Assembly (NCBI GenBank): GCA_039030515.1
Contig: JBCCEA010000037.1
Span: 1-33,610 of the forward strand
From: Myxococcota bacterium
GTDB lineage: Bacteria > Myxococcota_A > Polyangia > Polyangiales > Houyiibacteriaceae
DNA length: 33,610 nt
Direction: 5' to 3'
Below the pieces are notes generated by a model, which saw only the letters and a list, made by a program, of their open reading frames with translations, was not told the DNA's origin and searched no databases. Made by a program: the position numbers and the translations under genes. Shown here in pieces: positions 26,921 to 33,610 of the stretch. Numbering within the stretch: position 1 is the first letter of the stretch; each line of letters opens with the position of its first letter.

Positions 26921-27919
26921 TTAGCGTTTTAGGCCGGTAAGTAGAGACTCTAGCACCATCTGTGTGTTGGCGTTCTCGTCGAGAAGATCGCGGGCACTGT
27001 AAATCTGACGCACCCGCTCCCCAGCCTCGGAAGGTTCGAGGTCTCGGGCACGCTCCACGACCTCGGACCTGAAATCGCGAAGGGACCAAGTGGATTCATC
27101 GATGTGCAGTTTGTGCCGCGCGACGTCGCGGTACAGTTGGACCAGCGCACGAAGCAGGAGGCTGAGGTCCTCCATGCGTGACATCTCCTCGGCGAGGAGT
27201 ACGGCTTCGCCCGGATGCCCCCTTTGAACCACATCGTGAGCACGTAGCGCACGGCCGATGAGCTCCCGAGCTTCTCCGGCCGTAGCTAGGTGAAGGGCTT
27301 GGTCCGCGCGTCCGTCGGACAGGGCGATCGCGGGTCCCACGTCCTCAGACGCCACACCGGCCTTTACTAAGATTTCCTCGAGGTCCTCCGTGGTCAGCCG
27401 ACCAAAAGACACGCGCTGGCATCGTGAGCGGATCGTATCCAAGAGCCGTTCGGGTCGATCGGTAATCAGAATGAAATGCACCTTATCCCGGGGCTCTTCG
27501 AGCGTCTTAAGAAGGGCGTTTGCGGCTGCGGGGTGCTGCACGGGGAAGGAGAGATCGGCCTCGGGAAATATGAGAAACGAGCACTGTGCTTCGAAGGGTG
27601 CGAATCGGGCGATCGGCAGGATTTCTTTTCTGAGGTACTCCACCGGTATGTTTCGAGCGCCCTCTGCCCGAGGGTTGAAGACGCGGATGTCAGGGTGGCT
27701 CCCGTCATCGATTCTCTGAGCGATCGCGCTGCTGGCGCGGGCTACCAGATGTTTCGCCATCGCCATCGCTGTTTTTTGCTTTCCGACCCCGCTCGGTCCC
27801 TCGAAGAGGTACGCCGAGGCGGCTGCTCCGCGGTCGATCGCGGCTCCCAAGATCTGCAACGCACCGCATTGCGATCGAATCTCTTGGAACGGCCCGGCGG
27901 GTGAATTCGGCAGACTCAT
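26921..27919 (-). CDS. holB: DNA polymerase III subunit delta'
   Basis: AYLFEGPSGVGK, HPD, ANALLKTLEEP, LLDTIRSRCQ; adjacent to tatD. Confidence 0.9.
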   Translation of the reverse strand: MSLPNSPAGPFQEIRSQCGALQILGAAIDRGAAASAYLFEGPSGVGKQKTAMAMAKHLVARASSAIAQRIDDGSHPDIRVFNPRAEGARNIPVEYLRKEILPIARFAPFEAQCSFLIFPEADLSFPVQHPAAANALLKTLEEPRDKVHFILITDRPERLLDTIRSRCQRVSFGRLTTEDLEEILVKAGVASEDVGPAIALSDGRADQALHLATAGEARELIGRALRAHDVVQRGHPGEAVLLAEEMSRMEDLSLLLRALVQLYRDVARHKLHIDESTWSLRDFRSEVVERARDLEPSEAGERVRQIYSARDLLDENANTQMVLESLLTGLKR

Positions 27920-28114
27920 GATGGGAGCAAGTGAGAGAGCGGGCCCGATCGTTCGCCCGATGGTTTGCCAGGTAGGGGAGCCTCCGGAGTCTGTGATCGC
28001 TCGCTCATCTAGCGTCCCTTAGCTCGAAATCCTGAAACAGGTTACGTCAAGGCGCCGGAGGAGGGCTCTTCCGGTAGATCGACAGCGTAGGCCGTGCGTG
28101 CTAGGCGCGTGCTC

Positions 28115-29023
28115 ATGCGCGAGGACGTCGACGGTTCAGAGTTGGGCGGCCCAGAACTGGCCGATGCTGACCCGGGCTCGCAGCTTCGAGGCGCATCGCT
28201 GAGCCGGCTGGTGTCGATCATGCAGCGCTTGCTTGGCCCCTCGGGATGTCCGTGGGATCGGGAACAAACCGTCAGCTCGCTGCGTCCTTACGTCTTAGAG
28301 GAGGCTTTTGAGGTCGTCGACGCGGTGGATAGGGGCGAACCAGATGCGATTCGAGAGGAACTTGGAGATCTCCTATTCCAAGTCGTATTCATGGCGGAGT
28401 TGGCTGCGAAGCAGGGGTGGTTCGCTACCGACGAGGTGATCGCTTCGATTTGTGACAAGATGATTCGAAGGCATCCTTGGGTTTTTGGCACTTCTAATGC
28501 TAAAACTGCTGATGATGCTCGAATCGAGTGGGAGCAAATCAAGGCCAAAGAGCGAGGCGGGAACAAAAAGCCGAGTGGCGCGCTTTCTGGTGTTCCAAGG
28601 GCGCTTCCGGCGCTCCTCCGTGCACTCAGGGTCGGAGAGAAGGCCTCGGTAACGGGTTACGACTGGCTTGATGTCGATGGCGTTCGAGCCAAGGTGACCG
28701 AGGAACTCGAGGAACTCGACGCCGCACTCGAAAAGCGCTGCAGCGACTCGGTTGAAAGTAAAATCGGTGTCGAAAGTGAAATCGGTGACGTCCTCTTTGC
28801 GGTAGCGAATCTAGCACGCAAGGCTGGAGTGGACCCGGAGGCGGCTCTTCGGGGTAGCGTGACCCGATTTACCGACCGATTTGAATGGGCGGAACGTGAA
28901 GTGGATCATGAGGGCAAGAGTCTGCGGGAACTCTCCTGTGAAGAGCGCGACCGACTTTGGGAACGGGCTAAGGATTCCGTCGAAGGGTCGCCGCGTGAGG
29001 CACCGCGCCTTCAAGAGAGCTGA
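28115..29023 (+). CDS. mazG: Nucleoside triphosphate pyrophosphohydrolase MazG
   Basis: GCPWDREQT, EEAFE, EELGDLLFQ, RRHPWVF, EELEE, EIGDVLF (tandem MazG domains). Confidence 0.96.
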   Translation: MREDVDGSELGGPELADADPGSQLRGASLSRLVSIMQRLLGPSGCPWDREQTVSSLRPYVLEEAFEVVDAVDRGEPDAIREELGDLLFQVVFMAELAAKQGWFATDEVIASICDKMIRRHPWVFGTSNAKTADDARIEWEQIKAKERGGNKKPSGALSGVPRALPALLRALRVGEKASVTGYDWLDVDGVRAKVTEELEELDAALEKRCSDSVESKIGVESEIGDVLFAVANLARKAGVDPEAALRGSVTRFTDRFEWAEREVDHEGKSLRELSCEERDRLWERAKDSVEGSPREAPRLQES

Positions 29024-29093
29024 GAATCCAAGTTCTGAAGCCTCCCGCACCCGATTCACGCGCTCGAGCTGGTCGCCGACCCGAGCACTTCAT

Positions 29094-30092
29094 TTGGGCC
29101 AGGTCACGCTGCTGCTTTTGCTCGGTATGCATGCAACGGCAGGCTGCAGTCGTCCTGTGCTCAGTCACGGGGTGGTCGTGTATCCCGCCGCGGTCCCGGC
29201 CCGCGCGTTTCCGCTGATCGTGGTGCTGCTTGGTGAAGGCAGCGAGGCGACTGCGCTCAGTCGATCTTTGGCGGAGCACCTTTCCGAGGGAGGTGAGAGC
29301 GAGGTTCGGCTGATCAGTGCGGACGAACTCTCTGCGGCAAGGCAACAAGGCTTGCTTCATCCGTCCACGGTGGTTCTCGCGGCGGAACTTCGAGTGCGCG
29401 AGCACTCTCGTCCTACTTGGACGACGATGCCGGAAACGGTTTGCGGTCCTGTTGGCTGTTTTACCGAACGCCGAACAAGGCTACAGGACCTGCCGGAGGT
29501 TCTTGGCTCAATGACGATACTCGTGACCGATGGTGCGACTGCGGAGGAACTGCAGCGGGTGACGATACGAGCCCAGCAAGAAGGACGAGATGGGTATTCA
29601 ATGCGCCGCCGGGTACTTGAAGAGTTAGATCGAGATGCACGAACTCTCTTCGATCCGCAAACTTTGCGGGTCGAGGTCCCACTGCTGGAGGTCGACCATC
29701 CGGATATGTCTGCTGCGATCGAAGCCATTCGTGGTGGAAACTGGAAGGAAGGTCGCCTACGCCTCGAGCGTCAGATCTCGGAGGATTCGTTTGCTTCGTT
29801 GTCTCATCCCGATCAGGCTCGCGTCCTCTATACGCTCGCCCAGGCGCGTCGTTTCGACCCTTCGCCTGCTCAGGTAAAGCTACGATTTGACGCTGCAGAA
29901 GCAGCAGTTATCGCGGCCATACGTCTCGACCCGCGCTCCGAATACGCAGAGGCGCTTGAGGAACTGCGTCGACACCGGATGCAGGTTGAGACGCTTGAGG
30001 CGCAAAGGGCAGCGGCGGCGCACAACTTCTCTATTGTACCGGGGGCCGAGCGACCGACCGGGGTGCCTACACCACCACCTGGCTACCGCTAG
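29094..30092 (+). CDS. Hypothetical lipoprotein with C-terminal TPR-like helices (start uncertain)
   Basis: Hydrophobic stretch and lipobox-like TAGC after TTG 29094; CGPVGC pair; Ala-rich helical C-terminus. The frame is open from 28881, but that part overlaps mazG. Confidence 0.7.
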   Translation: MGQVTLLLLLGMHATAGCSRPVLSHGVVVYPAAVPARAFPLIVVLLGEGSEATALSRSLAEHLSEGGESEVRLISADELSAARQQGLLHPSTVVLAAELRVREHSRPTWTTMPETVCGPVGCFTERRTRLQDLPEVLGSMTILVTDGATAEELQRVTIRAQQEGRDGYSMRRRVLEELDRDARTLFDPQTLRVEVPLLEVDHPDMSAAIEAIRGGNWKEGRLRLERQISEDSFASLSHPDQARVLYTLAQARRFDPSPAQVKLRFDAAEAAVIAAIRLDPRSEYAEALEELRRHRMQVETLEAQRAAAAHNFSIVPGAERPTGVPTPPPGYR

Positions 30093-30127
30093 TGCGTATT
30101 CGCTAGCTGCATCGCTCCGCTCTACAG

Positions 30128-31414
30128 CTACAGCACGGCCCGGTCGGTAGGTATTGCGATGACATCCTGCACCCGAGGCGCCCCCAGAGTCAGCATCACA
30201 AGACGATCGAGCCCCAGGGCGTTTCCCGAGCATGGCGGAAGTCCCTCCTGCAACGCGCTCATGAAGCGTTCGTCTATTGGGTAGACCGGAAGCCCGAGCG
30301 ATGCTCGCCTTGCCTGGTCTGCCTCCAATCGTTGGCGCTGTTCGATGGGGTCTACAAGTTCTCCAAACCCGTTACACAGTTCTACCCCGTCGATGTACGC
30401 CTCGAATCGGTCTGCTCTGCTCGGATCTTCGGATTCAAGGCGTGCAAGTGAGGCCATGGATGCAGGCCAATGGGTGAGAAAGACCGGCTTGGGGCTTCCC
30501 AGCTGAGGTTGCACCTTTTCGACGAGCACGCGGAAAAAGTGTTCTTCGTCGGGCAGGATGTCGTCTACCTCGACGCCTGCATATCGTCTAAAGGCGTCGT
30601 CTACCCTGATTCGCGCCCAGGGAGGCTTCACGTCCACCGGCCTACCTAGAGCCGGAATCTGTGTTGTTCCCCCGAGAATCGCTCGAGCCACTTCAGTGAC
30701 TAGCTCCTCGGTATCTCGCATCAAGTCTCCCGAGGTGGCCAGAGCTCGGTACCACTCGAGCATGCTGAACTCCGGTTCATGCAATGGGCCAAGCTCCTCT
30801 TGCCTAAAGCATTTACAAGTCTGGTAGATACGCGGCAGCCCGCCCCCGACAAGTCGCTTCATCTGGTATTCCGGGCTGGTAATGAGGAATCTGCTCGGCG
30901 ATGCGTCCTCGACCTCGAAAGCGCTGAGATGAACGTCGAGTCCGGGGCTGGGTACGAGCAGAGGGGTTTCCACCTCGATAAATGAATGTCGATCGAAAAA
31001 GGCACGAACCGTCTTCATCACCTGAGCCCGTTGCATCAAGTATCGACCGCGTCTCGAGACCTCGTCGTGGAGCCACCGCCAATCGCTTTCGGCTGCCGGA
31101 AATGGAAGCCTGGGCACGCTCTGAACCATGCAGCGGCCTTGCGTCACCTCGGCACCGTTCCACTGGCCCTCGACTATGACCCAACTGCCGAGGGGTGGCG
31201 CCGCTAGACACTGTGCCGGGAGCTCACCGGTAAGGTCTCGGAGGATCACGACAGAGTCGCTCGAGCCGATCGAACCGCCTGAATCGACCGACCTCCTTGG
31301 CTCCTTCGGGTTTTGTACGCTTGCGACCCTGCCCGAGACGCGAACGTATGCGGGTGGCGTTCGCTGAAGCACAGTCTTGATGTCGACCGCATCAAGTCGT
31401 TGGTCTGACAGCAC
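30128..31414 (-). CDS. epmA: EF-P lysine aminoacylase EpmA (GenX/PoxA) with N-terminal extension
   Basis: FIEVETP, LITSPEYQMKRL, CFRQEE...HEPEFSMLEWY, ELCNGFGEL, CSGNALGLDRL; 8 nt downstream of efp. Confidence 0.94.
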   Translation of the reverse strand: MLSDQRLDAVDIKTVLQRTPPAYVRVSGRVASVQNPKEPRRSVDSGGSIGSSDSVVILRDLTGELPAQCLAAPPLGSWVIVEGQWNGAEVTQGRCMVQSVPRLPFPAAESDWRWLHDEVSRRGRYLMQRAQVMKTVRAFFDRHSFIEVETPLLVPSPGLDVHLSAFEVEDASPSRFLITSPEYQMKRLVGGGLPRIYQTCKCFRQEELGPLHEPEFSMLEWYRALATSGDLMRDTEELVTEVARAILGGTTQIPALGRPVDVKPPWARIRVDDAFRRYAGVEVDDILPDEEHFFRVLVEKVQPQLGSPKPVFLTHWPASMASLARLESEDPSRADRFEAYIDGVELCNGFGELVDPIEQRQRLEADQARRASLGLPVYPIDERFMSALQEGLPPCSGNALGLDRLVMLTLGAPRVQDVIAIPTDRAVL

Positions 31415-31422
31415 CTCTTAGA

Positions 31423-31986
31423 TCACTTTTTCACGCGCTCTACGTACTCGTTGCTTCGGGTGTCTATCTTCAATACGTCGCCTTGGTTGACAAATAGGGG
31501 GACGTGAACGGTGAGTCCGGTAGAGAGCGTTGCCGGCTTGGTTACGTTGCTCGAGGTGTCGCCCTTGAAGCCTGGTTCCGTTTCGGTCACCTGCAGCTCG
31601 ACGAAGGTCGGCGGCGTCACCCCGATCGCGCGCCCTTCAAACAGCAGTATGTCGACCGTGGTTCCATCAAGAAGAAAGTATACGTTGGCTCCGAGTTGTT
31701 CTTCGGTGAGCGTGATCTGCTCGTAAGTCTTTGTGTCCATGAACACACGGTCGTCGCCTTCCGGGTAGAGATACTGCATCTGCCGTTCTTCCATGTCGGC
31801 GGGCGCAAGTTTCTCACCGGAGCGGTACGTTCGATCCAACGTAGAACCGGTAATCATGTTTCGTAAGCGGGTGCGCGTGAAGGCCTGACCTTTGCCGGGC
31901 TTGACGAACTGGTGTTCGACGATGACGTAGGGCTGTCCCTCGATGAGAACCTTGAGTCCCTTACGGAAATCTGAAGTATCATACAT
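31423..31986 (-). CDS. efp: Translation elongation factor P
   Basis: VKPGKGQAF (modifiable Lys), QYLY, PGFKGDT, KPATLSTG, VPLF, IDTR...YVER. Confidence 0.98.
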   Translation of the reverse strand: MYDTSDFRKGLKVLIEGQPYVIVEHQFVKPGKGQAFTRTRLRNMITGSTLDRTYRSGEKLAPADMEERQMQYLYPEGDDRVFMDTKTYEQITLTEEQLGANVYFLLDGTTVDILLFEGRAIGVTPPTFVELQVTETEPGFKGDTSSNVTKPATLSTGLTVHVPLFVNQGDVLKIDTRSNEYVERVKK

Positions 31987-31995
31987 GCTGCTGCT

Positions 31996-32421
31996 CTACT
32001 CCGGGATCGATTGGCGTGCGACCACGAACTGACTTGGTAAGGACGCTTCTATTGTCTCTTCTGCGGTGACTTTCAACGTGAAGGAATCCATGGGTGCAGT
32101 CGTAACCAGCGATGCTTGTCTCAGACTCGGATCGTAGGTCATGTCGCCAGCTTTGGTGGCGCGTCCCGCCGCATCGACGAACCAGGCGGTGTAACGCTGG
32201 AACTCCGGCTGCAGACTGCTCGGAGGAGGGAGACGCTCTAGCTCCAAATTGATTCGTCTCGCATCTTCGTCGATCTTGCTCAGGCGGATCTGTCCTTCGG
32301 CACTGACCATCCTAGCGGTTCCAATGATGATGTATTCATCGGTTCCACCGCATGCGCAGAGAAAAAGAGTGAGCACAGTTGCGAAATAAACCCGGTAGTT
32401 GTTCGGTCTGGCAAGCGACAT
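31996..32421 (-). CDS. Hypothetical lipoprotein
   Basis: GGAGGT RBS 9 nt before ATG 32421; signal peptide ending LCAC-GG; beta-rich mature part; ends 9 nt before efp. Confidence 0.8.
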   Translation of the reverse strand: MSLARPNNYRVYFATVLTLFLCACGGTDEYIIIGTARMVSAEGQIRLSKIDEDARRINLELERLPPPSSLQPEFQRYTAWFVDAAGRATKAGDMTYDPSLRQASLVTTAPMDSFTLKVTAEETIEASLPSQFVVARQSIPE

Positions 32422-32569
32422 AGACACGCTACCTCCGAGACGGCTTGTACGCTTCTGCCGCTACCGTCGTCAAGGCTGACGCAGCCGGGGCTTACTGCGA
32501 CAAGTCCTTTGTTTCTAGCGATGTGGTGTTGGGTTGCTTGGCTTGCTTTTCAGCGGTACGCCCGCCGCG

Positions 32570-33448
32570 ATGCGTGATGCCGACGAGGAGATTCGAGAGA
32601 TAAAGAAAGAGATTATCGAGTCTAGAGGTCTCATCATCAAAACAAACAACCTCACGAACTCACTCGCTGCAGACATCAAGTCTATTGCCAAAAGGCAAGT
32701 AGGCTACGAGCGTCGTTTCAACTGGAATAGCGCAGCAGCATACGTATTGTTCGCGACGCTCTCTTTCGTCGGTTTGAAGCTCGCTTCCGATGCAAGGATC
32801 TCGGAGATCGAATCAGAAAAAGAAGGGCTCACCCGTCAAGCTCGGGAGCTCCGAAGTGAACTGGTGGAGCAGACTGCGGCGACGGAAGAGCGAGATCGCG
32901 CCGAGTCCAGAGCCAATGCGTTCTATGTGCTTATCCGGCAGCAAAAAAGAGCTGAAGTCGTCGCCGGCTATGATGCGGTGGCCAAGGAAAAGCTATCCCG
33001 CGCCGAGGCCGCGTTCTTTCGTGATGCGGTAGAGCGGTTTCGCCGGGATCTCTCGGTAGCCGCGTCTCAGCAAGGTCTCGGACTGATGCGCACGGGCCGA
33101 TTTGCAGAGGCTGCCGAGAAATTCCAGGAATCGATGCAGCTCAATGAAGATGGCGCGCATATCCCCTCGGTGAAGTACAACCTCGCGAGAGCCTTGCGGC
33201 GATTAGGCCGGCAGAGTGAGGCGCTAGTCTACATTCGCCACGTGAGTGACCAGACCATCGACCGCGATCTTCATGACGATGCCGTTTGGTTACTCAGTCT
33301 CTGCGCTGAGGAGCTTGACGATATCAACACTGCGCGAGACGCGCTTCGTTCCTATTTACGACGATGGCCACGTTCCAGTTTGGCGGTAGAAGCTCGCGCC
33401 AGACTACGGGGGTTGAATGTGCGGGCTATGCGAAGCAGCGGCGGCTAA
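32570..33448 (+). CDS. Membrane-anchored coiled-coil and TPR protein (CpoB/YbgF-like C-terminus)
   Basis: TM AAAYVLFATLSFVGL, heptad coil, TPR-like repeats (GRFAEAAEKF, YNLARAL, YLRRWPRSSLA). Confidence 0.8.
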   Translation: MRDADEEIREIKKEIIESRGLIIKTNNLTNSLAADIKSIAKRQVGYERRFNWNSAAAYVLFATLSFVGLKLASDARISEIESEKEGLTRQARELRSELVEQTAATEERDRAESRANAFYVLIRQQKRAEVVAGYDAVAKEKLSRAEAAFFRDAVERFRRDLSVAASQQGLGLMRTGRFAEAAEKFQESMQLNEDGAHIPSVKYNLARALRRLGRQSEALVYIRHVSDQTIDRDLHDDAVWLLSLCAEELDDINTARDALRSYLRRWPRSSLAVEARARLRGLNVRAMRSSGG

Positions 33449-33452
33449 CCCT

Positions 33453-33610
33453 CCAGCGGGCCTAGGTTGGCTCAAACAGCTGCTTACCTCCGATGCTCGT
33501 CGCTCAACGTACTCAGAGTACGCCTTCGCTCCTGCGCTTCGGGGGCGCTGGCTGTTTGAACCAACCTAGGCCCCCTGGCCCTGAACAGCTGCTGACCGAA
33601 GATGCTCGTC
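33453..33610. repeat. Long palindromic (REP/MITE-like) element plus start of a second degenerate copy
   Basis: Arms 33453-33480 and 33551-33578 are 26/28 complementary; inner CGTACT-cag-AGTACG; 33581-33610 resembles 33471-33501. Confidence 0.85.

Noticed and set aside
26029..29023. tatD and mazG as an anti-phage defence module
   Set aside because: holB-tatD is ordinary housekeeping synteny and MazG is the standard two-domain type; no defence-island context.
28881..29093. Extended N-terminus of the lipoprotein overlapping mazG by 143 nt
   Set aside because: Such an overlap is unlikely, and the lipobox position implies a start after the mazG stop.
30128..31414. Calling the gene lysS
   Set aside because: Catalytic motifs are EpmA-type, it is shorter than typical LysRS, and it abuts efp.

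Overview
GC-rich, gene-dense bacterial chromosome segment of about 33 CDS, most likely from a myxobacterium (Myxococcota, Polyangia-like; inferred from pilT-pilC-pilS, paired FHA proteins and lineage-type lipoproteins). It is mainly core genome. From left to right: a partial HAD-IG 5'-nucleotidase, manC, uppP, a long MCE/MlaD protein, a secreted hypothetical protein, a NifU-C protein, two convergent paralogous FHA proteins, a Pro-rich membrane protein, trpG-trpD-trpC, a minus-strand purM-purN-flavoprotein-pilT-pilC-pilS run, an amidase, glnD, rlmE, an orphan rplC, tatD, holB, mazG, a lipoprotein, epmA, efp, another lipoprotein and a TPR protein. I found no rRNA, tRNA, transposase, prophage or CRISPR array. 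The interest lies in altered versions of familiar proteins: (1) EpmA with an apparent LysRS-like N-terminal OB fold; (2) GlnD with an intact transferase motif but a degenerate HD domain; (3) rplC outside the S10 operon, with its own promoter and coupled to rlmE; (4) an MlaD with a predicted C-terminal beta-barrel; (5) an FHA paralog pair with a 79-bp duplication between them; (6) a long palindromic repeat at the right edge. All family calls come from motif recognition by eye; no database search was run.
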